Positions 36,161 through 46,390 are shown, counted from the first letter of the stretch. The stretch is DNA of 64,000 nucleotides from Candidatus Cloacimonetes bacterium HGW-Cloacimonetes-3 (GCA_002840645.1 PHBO01000010.1:60470-124469); one strand, 5' to 3'. Translations and numbers: made by a program. The notes: generated from the sequence alone by a model not told the origin.

Positions 36161-36684
36161 TTGACATATATTAACTGCAAAGCAACATAGTATTGCATGG
36201 TGGATACACCAATGTAGTACCATACTATGCGTGTGGTATTAGCGTCGTTAGCAGAAACAGTTAAGTTATCTTAGCTTGTTTTGTTGTTTTGTATGTTTTA
36301 TATAATTGCCGGCAGATGAGCCAGAGGAAGTTACCTTGAGTTTATTGTTTTGCGTACCGTTAACTAACCCGGAAGCCTACAAGGCTGAAGCGGGTTTACT
36401 GCGTATGCAAAGCACGGCAATTACCACAACCACTAAGCTTCAAAATCAAACAGAAGTCTCTACTTACGGAAAACCTTGTGTCCAGAACTACGCACACTCT
36501 TTGCATAATAATCATCGCACATTATTACATCGTCTGTGTGCCTGCGTGAGAATGCTCCGTTTTCCATCCACCCTTAACCCTCAAAAACAAATGTGGCTAT
36601 GCCCCCATACAAATGAGGCAAAGCCTATAAACTAAACAGAATATCCTCTTCAAGAAAAACGTCTAAACAAGGAGTTTTCTTACT
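36161..36684 (+). promoter_or_regulatory. Long structured 5' region of adhesin gene C (diverged member of the leader family)
   Basis: TTGACA at 36161; TAATAAT-CATCGCAC-ATTATTA hairpin 36506-36527; TCAAAAACAAATGTGG block 74 nt downstream; large nested stem 36304-36422. Confidence 0.5.
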
Positions 36685-39600
36685 ATGAAGAAATTATTAA
36701 TACTATTATGCGTATTGGCAATAGCCGGAATGGCTTTCGCCGATGTGATCATCGGAACCGGGACATCCACCGGATACTATCCCGGGAGTACTTACTATAA
36801 CTATTACCGTTCAGCTGCGGTATTTACTGCCGCGGAATTGGCTGCCGGATCGGGTACTATTACAGCTCTGCAATGGTATTGCGGTACTGCAAATACTACT
36901 ACGCCCATCCCGTTTAAGATTTATATGAAAACCACTGCCAATGTAACTTTGGCAGCAAATACCTGGGCACTTGAATCTGCCGGTGCAACTGAAGTATTTA
37001 ATGCTTCAGTGACGGTTAATGCCACGGGTTGGTTCAATTTTGATATCACCGACACCCCTTATACTGCAGGTACTAACCTGGAGGTATTGGTTGAAACTGG
37101 AAGTGCGTCTTATGTAAGCCCCTATGTAAAGTGGAATTACACCACTACTACACCTACTTACAAGATGATAGCTACTTATGCAGACACCACTATCCCTACT
37201 TCTCTTACTACTAACTATTTACGCCCCAATATTAAATTTGTGGGCATTACTTCTACTGTATTCCCTGAACCTACAAACCATGTAACCGGTTTTGCTGCCG
37301 GCACACTGAATTACACCACAATTCAGTTAAACTGGACCGGTGCTACCGGTGCTCAGTTGCCAGGCAACTATCTGATTCAGGCAATAAAAGGTGCCGGAAC
37401 ATACGCTGCCGTAGGTGATGGTGTTCCTGTGGCAAATGATGCTGTGTGGACAGATAACAACGCCGCAACTAACGTAGCCCATGTAGTAGGTGCTAATACC
37501 TATACCTTTACAGGTTTAACGCCTAATACGGCTTATGAATTCAAAATCTGGCCTTATACCAATAGCCTGACAGCCATTAACTTCAAGACCGATGGGATAA
37601 TCCCCACTGTTAATGCCTCCACCCTTGATCCCACTGTCTCTACATACCCGTGGTTAGTGGATTTCGGTACATTAACTACAGATTGGCTACCCGCTAACTG
37701 GGCAAAATACAGTGGTGTATTGGCAAGTCCATCTGTACTTACTGCTGCCAGTGGCTCTTGGTACCAAGATGACTGGTTAAATGTAACCTCTCCTCTTAAC
37801 AAAGCTGCCAAGGTAAACATCTATGGAACAACAGCAGCAGGCAACTGGATTGTCTCACCTCCCATCGTAATGCCCGGAGCCGGCTATCAGCTGGAGTTCG
37901 ACCTTGCCTACATGGCATGGAATAGCCTCGGCACTGCTCCCGTAGCAGATGGAACCGGAGATCGCTTTGAAGTTCTTATCGGTGATGGCACAACCTGGAC
38001 ACCTGCTAATATAGTTCGTTCCTGGGATAATGCTGCAAGCCCGTATGTGCTGAATAATGTCAGCCCTGCCGGCGAACACATCACTCTCGATGTTTCCGGT
38101 GTCACCGGAACCAAATACATCGCCTTCTATATCCACAACGGTGATGTTGGTGATCGTGATAACGACTTCATGCTCGACAACGTGTTACTTCGCGAGACTC
38201 CTGCCGGAGCTCCTGATCCTGTAACATTGGGTTCTCCCGCAGCCGAAGCTACCGGCTTGGCTAAAAACGGATTCAACTTCACCTGGACACCTGCCATCAC
38301 CGGCGGCGAAGCTGATGACTTCACAATCTTCATCTCCACAGATGAATTTGATGTGTTAAGTCAGTTCAGTGCCACCACCGGCGGAACCTCCCTCAACCCT
38401 GTGGGCATGCCCTACGAAAGCGGAACATTTGCTTTCACCTATGAGCAACGCTACTACTGGCAAGTATTTGCCAATGGCGCAGGAGAGGAGATTGGCTCTG
38501 ATGTACGCTGGTTCGAAATTGAAGCCGATCCTTCAATAACTCTTCCTCACACCCAGAGCTTCGATGATCTGGCCATACCCGCAGGCTGGACACAGACCTA
38601 TTCCGGTACTGTAACTTCCAACCGTTGGACCGCATCAGCCACTACTAATGCCGGTGGCACAGCAAACGAAATGATGGAAACTTGGGCATCCGGCGTGGGT
38701 ATTACCCGCCTTATCTCTCCTCCCATCGTTACTGATGGCTATGGTAGTGTTGCAGTTAACTTCAACACCCTGTATGATGATTACGGCACTGGCGTTACTG
38801 CCAGAGTGCAGTATAGCCATGATCTCGTAACCTGGTACAACACAGGTTGGTCTGCAGTTGGTGGTGGCGGAAACGTTGGTCCCGGTAACTACACAACTCT
38901 TATCACCGGTCTCAGCGCTCCCGTAACTTACATTGCATGGGCAATGGATGGCGATCACTATCAGTTTGACTACTGGTATGTTGATAATGTTCTCCTATCT
39001 GCACCGCTTGATCATGATGTAGGTATTGTTAGCATAGATATGGCTGAAGTGGTTCCTGCTGTGGCGATGAATCCCAAAGCCACTATCATTAATAATGGTG
39101 CAAACACCGAAACCTTCAATGTTACCATGACAATCGGAGCCAACTATAGCAGCACTAAAGAAGTTACAGCTATTACGTCCGGCAACAGCACTCAGGTTGT
39201 GTTCGATGCTATCACTCCTGTTATTTTCACAGCAGAGGATGTAGACGTCACATGCCTGTTAGCTACTGATGAGAATACAGCTAATGACGCTCAAACCGGT
39301 GTTCTGGTTTGCCTTCCTTTGGATGTGCAAGCTTATGCAGATGTTGCCTATGATCCAGGTTCAGTAAATGATGGTCCCGCTACCTTCAACCTTGCAACTC
39401 CCGGAACCATTACTGACCTTACTGCTGCAACCCCATGGTCTGGTTATTTCCTTGCCGGTGCAGACTGGATGAATGGCGGCTGGTATGGTAAGCAATACGT
39501 TGATAGTGCAAGTTCACCCTTCTGGCAGATAGATGAAGTAACCGGTGACGGTACCCTTCTGGGAACCGGAACGGTTGTGATGTCCGGCTTTGCCTACGAT

Positions 39601-40350
39601 GAAGTGAATGACATCCGCTATGCAACCGATGGCACTTCATTATACACGCTTGATGCTGTGGGTATTTCTACTCTGATCGGTGCTCTGCACTTCACAGGAG
39701 AAACATCCTGGGTTGGACTGATGATCGGTATCGCCTATGATAGCTATTCTGGAACACTTTATGGTGTGGATTTAGGCTATGACTGGTTGTTCTCAATTAA
39801 TGTCACAACTGCTGAATGTACAGATATTGGTGGTGGACTTGGCATTGACTTGAACTATGCACAGGATTGTGCCTTCGACCGCGAAAACGGCTTGCTTTAC
39901 ATGGCAGGTTATACCGCAAACGGCGCACTTTACTGGATAGACACAATTGGTGGCGGAGCATACAAGGTAGGAGACTTCCAGAGTGGTTCTGAAGTCACCG
40001 GCTTTGCCATTCCTTACGGTTCAGCAGTGCCAGAAGCTCCTGTAGTTACTATAGGTGCAGATGGAACTCTTAGCTGGCCTGCCGTAGATGGTGCCGCAGT
40101 TTACAAAATCTATGCTTCGGATGATCCTTATGGAACATTCACATTGCTCGACAGCACTACATCGCTTACATGGCTTGATCCTGCATTTGGCGTAGCCAAG
40201 ATGTTCTATCAAGTGAAAGCTGATAATGCTGCTCCTGCAAAAAGCGTAGCAAGTGTAAGACAGAGTGTCCGCGGACATCTTCGTAATGATAGACAGGTTC
40301 GTTCTCTCGACAGAAACGTTTCTGCCGGACTAAGACCTACCCGCAAATAA
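36685..40350 (+). CDS. Large secreted modular adhesin-like protein C (1221 aa): Fn3-like, cleaved-adhesin-like, CARDB-like, beta-propeller-like region, shared C-terminal domain
   Basis: Signal peptide; module shared with protein B; GFAYD/GIAYD/CAFD repeats; ASDDPY C-terminal motif. Confidence 0.85.
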   Translation: MKKLLILLCVLAIAGMAFADVIIGTGTSTGYYPGSTYYNYYRSAAVFTAAELAAGSGTITALQWYCGTANTTTPIPFKIYMKTTANVTLAANTWALESAGATEVFNASVTVNATGWFNFDITDTPYTAGTNLEVLVETGSASYVSPYVKWNYTTTTPTYKMIATYADTTIPTSLTTNYLRPNIKFVGITSTVFPEPTNHVTGFAAGTLNYTTIQLNWTGATGAQLPGNYLIQAIKGAGTYAAVGDGVPVANDAVWTDNNAATNVAHVVGANTYTFTGLTPNTAYEFKIWPYTNSLTAINFKTDGIIPTVNASTLDPTVSTYPWLVDFGTLTTDWLPANWAKYSGVLASPSVLTAASGSWYQDDWLNVTSPLNKAAKVNIYGTTAAGNWIVSPPIVMPGAGYQLEFDLAYMAWNSLGTAPVADGTGDRFEVLIGDGTTWTPANIVRSWDNAASPYVLNNVSPAGEHITLDVSGVTGTKYIAFYIHNGDVGDRDNDFMLDNVLLRETPAGAPDPVTLGSPAAEATGLAKNGFNFTWTPAITGGEADDFTIFISTDEFDVLSQFSATTGGTSLNPVGMPYESGTFAFTYEQRYYWQVFANGAGEEIGSDVRWFEIEADPSITLPHTQSFDDLAIPAGWTQTYSGTVTSNRWTASATTNAGGTANEMMETWASGVGITRLISPPIVTDGYGSVAVNFNTLYDDYGTGVTARVQYSHDLVTWYNTGWSAVGGGGNVGPGNYTTLITGLSAPVTYIAWAMDGDHYQFDYWYVDNVLLSAPLDHDVGIVSIDMAEVVPAVAMNPKATIINNGANTETFNVTMTIGANYSSTKEVTAITSGNSTQVVFDAITPVIFTAEDVDVTCLLATDENTANDAQTGVLVCLPLDVQAYADVAYDPGSVNDGPATFNLATPGTITDLTAATPWSGYFLAGADWMNGGWYGKQYVDSASSPFWQIDEVTGDGTLLGTGTVVMSGFAYDEVNDIRYATDGTSLYTLDAVGISTLIGALHFTGETSWVGLMIGIAYDSYSGTLYGVDLGYDWLFSINVTTAECTDIGGGLGIDLNYAQDCAFDRENGLLYMAGYTANGALYWIDTIGGGAYKVGDFQSGSEVTGFAIPYGSAVPEAPVVTIGADGTLSWPAVDGAAVYKIYASDDPYGTFTLLDSTTSLTWLDPAFGVAKMFYQVKADNAAPAKSVASVRQSVRGHLRNDRQVRSLDRNVSAGLRPTRK

Positions 40351-40372
40351 TAATCATAAGTACCCAAATATC

Positions 40373-40403
40373 AGACAGCCTCGCAAGAGGCTGTCTTTTT
40401 TTT
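40373..40403 (+). terminator. Intrinsic terminator of gene C
   Basis: AGACAGCCTC-GCAA-GAGGCTGTCT then T-run. Confidence 0.92.
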
Positions 40404-40476
40404 GCCCGGGATTGGAGCTTACCGGAGGTTTGGGATTCCTGTGTCCTCACCGGAAAGGTCTGCCGGTTTCCACCAC

Positions 40477-40641
40477 ACTTGGTGGTTAGCATAGGTTCTC
40501 GACAATATCGGTTATACATTAGGACTATGTTTTCGCATAGTAAACTCTATATTCAGCCATGCTTGCAGGACATATCCTTCCCGTAACCCTCCCGTATCGG
40601 ATATGGGAGGGTTATGGGAAGCTTCACGGCAATAAACAGTC
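40477..40641 (+). repeat. ~165-bp dispersed repeat, copy 3 (right border of adhesin island)
   Basis: Direct repeat of 22575-22739; hairpin at 40577-40621. Confidence 0.9.
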
Positions 40642-40838
40642 TTAATCTATGTTAGCAGGCACCTGGCAATATCCGGCTTGAAATGCATGGCTGAGTGTAA
40701 AAGCCCTGATTTAACTGCTAAAACACTAATCCACTCAGTTTAAGTTTGTTGAATAATCCGGATCGCTGACTTCAGAGGCGTTCCGGGTTGTGTGCAAAGG
40801 TCTTAATGTGAAAGAGAGCCAAAAGATACTGATACCAT

Positions 40839-40864
40839 GAAAAAAGCCGACGCGAACGTCGGCT
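40839..40864 (-). terminator. Intrinsic terminator of the rnf operon
   Basis: Minus strand AGCCGACG-TTCG-CGTCGGCT-TTTTT. Confidence 0.88.
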
Positions 40865-40904
40865 AACTTTTCCTGCAAGGACGCAGAAATTCCTACAAGA
40901 TAAA

Positions 40905-41933
40905 CTAAACCATAGTTATAGCTTTCTTAGGGCATTTCTGCACACATTGCTCGCAGCCAATGCAGGTATCCTTGTCTATCACATGCAATTGTTTAATCTC
41001 GCCGGTGATCGCCTTGGTGGGGCATATCTTGGCACAGATGGTGCAACCAATGCATTTCTCGGCTTCAATTTCGGCTTTCTTACGCATCCCTGCCTTTTTA
41101 TCCAGAATAGCCTTGGTGGGGCAAACTGTGGCGCAAAGTCCGCAATCGATACACTTGTCATAATCTATACTTGCCAGGTTGTTTTCCACCGTGATAGCCT
41201 GTACGGGGCACTTACGGCTGCACAAACCACAGGCAATGCATGGACGCTCTGTACCGCATAATTGCTTTGCCAGAGGGTTCTTGGCTTTGGAGCTGCATTT
41301 TATATACACATTACGGTTCACCGGCACAAGAGTAATCAGCTTACGCGGACAGGCGGTTACACAAGCTCCGCAGGCAGTACATTTGTCATTATCTATATGG
41401 CGCATGCCTTCGCTATCCACGCTTATCGCATCGAACACGCAGGCTTTTTCGCAATCGTTGAAGCCAATACAACCCCAGGTGCAGAGGTTCGGTCCATCAG
41501 CAATGTTGACCGCCGATCTACAGCTCTCAATGCCCTGATAGGCATATTTCCACTTGGTGTTGTTAGTTCCGCCACTGCTGCAATGGATAACGGCAACCTT
41601 CTTCTCCGCTGCTACTGCCGATTTACCCATAATTTTGGCAATAGCTTCCACTGCAACGGGTCCACCGGGAGCGCAGAGGTTAATCTGGGTATCGCTATTT
41701 ACGATGGCATCGGCATAACCGGCACAACCGGCAGCACCGCAGGCACCGCAATTGGCACCGGGCAAGGCGGCGATTATTTGTTCCACGCGGGGATCCAGCT
41801 TCACTTCAAATACTTTGGAAGCAATAGCTAAGATCAGCCCAAACAGAAGCCCCATACCACCAATGATAAGCACCGGAGCGGAGATTACCGACATCAGAGA
41901 CGGAGCAGCTTGCATTAAAATCATATACATCAT
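40905..41933 (-). CDS. rnfB: Rnf complex subunit B (long polyferredoxin type)
   Basis: N-terminal TM, LPGANCGACGAAGC, six further Cys-rich ferredoxin-type motifs. Confidence 0.92.
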   Translation of the reverse strand: MMYMILMQAAPSLMSVISAPVLIIGGMGLLFGLILAIASKVFEVKLDPRVEQIIAALPGANCGACGAAGCAGYADAIVNSDTQINLCAPGGPVAVEAIAKIMGKSAVAAEKKVAVIHCSSGGTNNTKWKYAYQGIESCRSAVNIADGPNLCTWGCIGFNDCEKACVFDAISVDSEGMRHIDNDKCTACGACVTACPRKLITLVPVNRNVYIKCSSKAKNPLAKQLCGTERPCIACGLCSRKCPVQAITVENNLASIDYDKCIDCGLCATVCPTKAILDKKAGMRKKAEIEAEKCIGCTICAKICPTKAITGEIKQLHVIDKDTCIGCEQCVQKCPKKAITMV

Positions 41934-41941
41934 ATACTCCT

Positions 41942-42550
41942 TCAGATCTTGAAGCCCATAAAGCCATAGAAAGCCAAAGCCATGATCCCCGCAAGGATAA
42001 GAGCGATAGGCATACCACGCATACTTTTGGGCATATCCACAAATTCCAGCCTCTCACGTATGCCTGCCATTGCCAGCAGCACAAAGGTGAAGCCAACTCC
42101 ACTGAAGAAACCGTTTAACACGGCATCCAGGAAGTTATAAGCAGTAATGCCATCTGTACGCATAGCTTTGGTATTTAGAATAGCAACACCTAAAACAGCA
42201 CAGTTGGTGGTGATCAGCGGAAGATAAACCCCCAGAGACTTGTACAAAGCAGGAGCGTTCTTCTGAATAACCATTTCCACAAATTGCACCAAGGCAGCTA
42301 TGGTAAGGATAAAGGCAATCGTCTGCAAATATAGCAGGTTATAGGGGACTAACAGATACTTATAGATAACGAAGGTAAATGCCGAAGCCATGGTCATAAC
42401 AAAAACCACTGCCATGCCCATACCAAATGCGGAATCCAGCTTCTTGGAAACACCCAAGTAGGGACACAATCCCAGGAATCTGGCAAGCACGAAGTTCTGG
42501 ATAAAGATGGCTGTCATCGCCATCACGAAGATTTCGCCAATGTATCCCAT
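41942..42550 (-). CDS. rnfA: Rnf complex subunit A
   Basis: NFVLARFLGLCP, YLPLITTNCAVLG. Confidence 0.95.
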   Translation of the reverse strand: MGYIGEIFVMAMTAIFIQNFVLARFLGLCPYLGVSKKLDSAFGMGMAVVFVMTMASAFTFVIYKYLLVPYNLLYLQTIAFILTIAALVQFVEMVIQKNAPALYKSLGVYLPLITTNCAVLGVAILNTKAMRTDGITAYNFLDAVLNGFFSGVGFTFVLLAMAGIRERLEFVDMPKSMRGMPIALILAGIMALAFYGFMGFKI

Positions 42551-43140
42551 TACTTCTTCTCCTTCATCATATTCATCAGTGCCATCAGGAAGCCAAGAGT
42601 GATAAAGGCTCCCGGAGCTAAAATAGCCACCAGCATAGGTTCATAGGTTTTGGGCATCACTGCTATCTTCAGCCATGTGCCGTTGCCCAGAATCTCGCGG
42701 ATACTGGCAATAATTACCAGAGAAAGCGTAAAACCAAGCCCCATCCCGATGCCGTCTGCCAGTGAATCCATCATGCTGTTCTTGCTGGCAAAAGCCTCAG
42801 CTCTGCCAAGGATGATGCAGTTAACCACTATCAGCGGAATAAACAGCCCCAATGCTTTGTGTAAGCCGGGCACATAAGCTGCCATTGCCATATCCACGAT
42901 GGAGACGAATGCCGCAATCACCACAATATAGATTGGGATGCGTATCTTCACGGGAGTTATGTCCTTTATCAAAGAGATAATGATATTGGAGCAGATGAGC
43001 ACAAATGTGGCTGCCAAGCCCATGCCCAAGCCATTATCCACTGAAGTGGTAACCGCCAGAGTGGGGCACAAACCAAGCACGATAACAAAGATGGGGTTTT
43101 CTTTAACTATTCCTTTGCTAAGTTCTTTGATGAAATTCAT
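42550..43140 (-). CDS. rnfE: Rnf complex subunit E
   Basis: ENPIFVIVLGLCPTLAVT, RIPIYIVVIA, FIPLIVVNCIILGRAEAFA. Confidence 0.95.
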   Translation of the reverse strand: MNFIKELSKGIVKENPIFVIVLGLCPTLAVTTSVDNGLGMGLAATFVLICSNIIISLIKDITPVKIRIPIYIVVIAAFVSIVDMAMAAYVPGLHKALGLFIPLIVVNCIILGRAEAFASKNSMMDSLADGIGMGLGFTLSLVIIASIREILGNGTWLKIAVMPKTYEPMLVAILAPGAFITLGFLMALMNMMKEKK

Positions 43141-43679
43141 TATCTACCTCCCCTTGCAGACTTAAGGGCTGCTATCTGAGCTGCAATGGAATTTGCTATG
43201 GTGCGGGTTGTGATAGTAGCTCCGGAGAGCGATTTAATCTTACCGCCATCTTTATCTACCAACATATCAGCCTCACCCAAGCCGGCGAATTGAGCTTGAA
43301 AAGCATCGCCGGTGCAGTTTGCACCTAATCCGGGGGTTTCAGACTGGTCTATAACTTTTATCTTAATAACTTGTAGGTTGTTATCTACTCCCACCATCGT
43401 CTGTACCTTACCGCTGTAGCCATTCTGAGCAGCGATAAAGGTATAGCCAAGCGTATCTTTCGTAGCTGTGGAAGTGGCAATGTAATACAGCGATCCATCC
43501 GCAAACTTAGCTTCAGTAAAGTCTGCTTCAGGGATAAGCTCACTACGGGTGGCGATTTCTTCTTTAGCTTTACGGTCTCTAATCACCGGTTCGGTAAGTG
43601 AATTCACATATGCTAATATCCCGCTTGCAACAGCGCAAAAGACAAGCAGGATAAGGCTAAGCTTTATATAGTATTTCAT
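43140..43679 (-). CDS. rnfG: Rnf complex subunit G (FMN-binding)
   Basis: GYSGKV, SETPGLG, SLSGATITT FMN-attachment motif. Confidence 0.92.
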   Translation of the reverse strand: MKYYIKLSLILLVFCAVASGILAYVNSLTEPVIRDRKAKEEIATRSELIPEADFTEAKFADGSLYYIATSTATKDTLGYTFIAAQNGYSGKVQTMVGVDNNLQVIKIKVIDQSETPGLGANCTGDAFQAQFAGLGEADMLVDKDGGKIKSLSGATITTRTIANSIAAQIAALKSARGGR

Positions 43680-44779
43680 TTCTTTATCCTCCCAAATGCC
43701 TTTGGTATGGTAAACCGGTCTATCAGGGGTGTCATCACATTCATAAACAGGATGGAGTAGCTAACGCCTTCCGGGTAGCCGCCCACGAGGCGAATAACCA
43801 CTGTAAGCACGCCACAGCCAATCGCAAAGATAATCCTTCCGTTCTTGCTAAGCGGCGTGGTGGTGTAGTCCGTAGCCATGAAGAAGGCTCCCAGCATCAA
43901 ACCACCCGAGAAGATATGAAAGAAGGGAAGCATCATGCTGTATCCGCTGCCTTTAAGTGGACCGAACAGGAAAGTAAGCACAAACACCGTGCCGATATAG
44001 AACAGCGGGATGCGCCATTCGATGATGTTCTTATACAGTAAATAAGCTGCTCCAAGTAGCAAGGCAAAGGCACTTACCTCACCAATACAACCACCGATAT
44101 TACCCCAAAAGAGGTTTTTCAGGCTTGCCATCTCAGTGATATTGGTAAAGATGCGGTTGGCAATATCAACGCCTTCTCCCGCATTAGCATTTACGGAGGC
44201 TACAAAACTGCTGTCGCGCAAGCTTTGCACCACTTTTAGGGGGGTTGCACCCGTTACGAGAGCGTATGCTTTGGGGGATAAATCCTGGAGGTTGGTGGCA
44301 ATAGCATCAAGGTCGTTCAAGCCGCTCAAGTTTCCGGTCTTGGGTTTCAACCAGCCGGAAGTCATCAGCGTAGGCCAGGATGCCAGAAGGAAAGCCCGTC
44401 CCAATAAAGCAGGATTCACAGGGTTGTTACCCAAACCGCCAAATACTTGTTTGCCAACAGCTATGGCGAAAACAGAGCCCATCACAGGCAACCACCAGGG
44501 TGCGCCCGGATTGATATTATAGGATAGCAACATACCTGTTAAAAAGGCACTGCCATCCGCCACGGATACGGGAACCTTGCGCAATTTCTGGATGAGAGCT
44601 TCGGTTAGCACCGCAGTTAGGGCACCAAGCAGAGTAAGCACCAAGGAACGTATTCCCCAATAATACACAGCAAAAACAAGGGCGGGACTAAGCGCAATCA
44701 CCACATTCCACATCACATTCGGGATAGTGGTTTTATCGTGCATGTGAGGCGCAGAGGACACTATATATTTATCTTTCAT
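43676..44779 (-). CDS. rnfD: Rnf complex subunit D
   Basis: SSAPH, KQVFGGLGNN..NPALLGR, TGATPL, GCIGEVS, FFMATDY. Confidence 0.95.
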   Translation of the reverse strand: MKDKYIVSSAPHMHDKTTIPNVMWNVVIALSPALVFAVYYWGIRSLVLTLLGALTAVLTEALIQKLRKVPVSVADGSAFLTGMLLSYNINPGAPWWLPVMGSVFAIAVGKQVFGGLGNNPVNPALLGRAFLLASWPTLMTSGWLKPKTGNLSGLNDLDAIATNLQDLSPKAYALVTGATPLKVVQSLRDSSFVASVNANAGEGVDIANRIFTNITEMASLKNLFWGNIGGCIGEVSAFALLLGAAYLLYKNIIEWRIPLFYIGTVFVLTFLFGPLKGSGYSMMLPFFHIFSGGLMLGAFFMATDYTTTPLSKNGRIIFAIGCGVLTVVIRLVGGYPEGVSYSILFMNVMTPLIDRFTIPKAFGRIKK

Positions 44780-44784
44780 AATTC

Positions 44785-46107
44785 CTACTTCTTGGCTCGC
44801 ATAGCTTCTGCATAGCGTATCTTGCCCGTATCAATCCACTGCACCAGCCGTATTTGCGCCGGGCAAACATAGGCACAGCTTCCGCATTTCATACAGTCGT
44901 TCAAGCCGGCATTCACCGCCATATCCAGGTTTTTGTATTTCACCGCTCCGGCTATCGTGCTGGGCAGCAGGTTCATAGGGCACACATCCACACAGCGGGC
45001 GCAGCGCAGGCAGTTCTTTTCATCCATCAGACGGGCGGATTTTTCGTTCATCAACACCAATCCGCTGCTGCCTTTGCTCATCGTAGCATCAAGATTTGGC
45101 AGGGCAAAGCCCATCATTGGCCCACCGGAGATAACTTTGCCCACGGGCATAGTTGCGCCACCGCAGAACTCCACCAATTCGGAGAATGGCGTGCCGATTC
45201 TGGCTTTCAGATTGCCCGGTTTGCTTAGCGGGGCACCTGTTATGGTAATGATTCTGTCTATCAAGGGCTTTTTATAGCGCACGGCTTCGTAAACCGCAAA
45301 GGCAGTGCCAACGTTTTGCACCACCACGCCAACTGCCATGGGAAGTCCGCCGGCAGGAACCTTGCGCTTTGTAGCCGCAAAGATAAGCTGCTTTTCCGCA
45401 CCCTGAGGATAGCGAAGCTTTAAGCCCACCACTTCCAGATTGCTTTCTTTTTTCAGCAGCTTTTCCATCAAGTCTATCACATCGGGTTTGTTGGCTTCGA
45501 TGCCGATTACACCCTTTTTGGCATTCACTATCTTCATCAGCAGCTTCAATCCGCTAATTATCTGCTCTGCATGTTCCAGCATCAGGCGATAGTCGCTGGT
45601 TAAATATGGCTCGCATTCCACGCCATTCAGCACCACTGTATCGATGGGCTTGTCTTCCGGCGGGGAAAGCTTCACATGCGTGGGGAATCCGGCTCCGCCC
45701 ATGCCGCAAATACCGGCAGCGGTGATCCGGGCTTTCATTTCTTCGGTTGGCAGATTCATGTAATCCGCTTCATCCACCATGTCCACCCATTCGTCTTTTC
45801 CATCTCCGGTGATCTGGATCGCCAGGGATGTAGTCCCACAGGGATGTGGAAAACGGTCTATGGCGGTAACTTTACCGGAAATCGAGGTATGCTGATTAAG
45901 CGAAACATAGCCCGATGCTTCTGCAATAAGCTGACCTGTTTTCACTTCATCACCCACGGCAACTACCGGTGTAGAAGGTGCACCGATATGCTGTGATAAA
46001 TGAATGGTAACCTTTGCAGGCAGCGGAGCTTTGGTGATGGGTGCTGTTGCTGAATAATGCTTTTCATCGTGGGGGTGAACACCCCCGGGAAATGTCCGTA
46101 ATCGCAT
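44785..46107 (-). CDS. rnfC: Rnf complex subunit C
   Basis: TFPGGVHP, QHIGAP, GICGMGGAGFPT, NGVECEPYLTSD, CLRCARCVDVCP, CMKCGSCAYVCP; ATG 46107 after GGAG. Confidence 0.95.
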   Translation of the reverse strand: MRLRTFPGGVHPHDEKHYSATAPITKAPLPAKVTIHLSQHIGAPSTPVVAVGDEVKTGQLIAEASGYVSLNQHTSISGKVTAIDRFPHPCGTTSLAIQITGDGKDEWVDMVDEADYMNLPTEEMKARITAAGICGMGGAGFPTHVKLSPPEDKPIDTVVLNGVECEPYLTSDYRLMLEHAEQIISGLKLLMKIVNAKKGVIGIEANKPDVIDLMEKLLKKESNLEVVGLKLRYPQGAEKQLIFAATKRKVPAGGLPMAVGVVVQNVGTAFAVYEAVRYKKPLIDRIITITGAPLSKPGNLKARIGTPFSELVEFCGGATMPVGKVISGGPMMGFALPNLDATMSKGSSGLVLMNEKSARLMDEKNCLRCARCVDVCPMNLLPSTIAGAVKYKNLDMAVNAGLNDCMKCGSCAYVCPAQIRLVQWIDTGKIRYAEAMRAKK

Positions 46108-46390
46108 TAACACTCCCGTGGCTTGGCTGATTTCAAGCCTAATGTCTAAATTTTCGCCATATTTTACGGTGGGGGATATAAGGCAAGTCTTTTTTTATGA
46201 TGGGAAGGACTTATACTGTGCATACAATACACTTTTAAGTAATTTCTGTCTCATACCGGTAAGCCTGTGATGTTTTGGGGACACCTATAACCGATAGCAA
46301 CATTTTGCCATCACAGTGCCGGTTTTGCATAACTACTTCATCTCCCACTGATAAGCACTGCCTTCTGCCTTGCTGCTATCCTTAGTAATG

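Noticed and set aside
36306-36635. 109-aa ORF in leader C as a real gene
   Set aside because: TTG start without SD, no recognisable family, and it overlaps structured non-coding motifs.
40400-40830. tRNA or known ncRNA between gene C and rnfB
   Set aside because: No cloverleaf, T-loop or recognisable riboswitch consensus; the region is explained by terminators and the 165-bp repeat.
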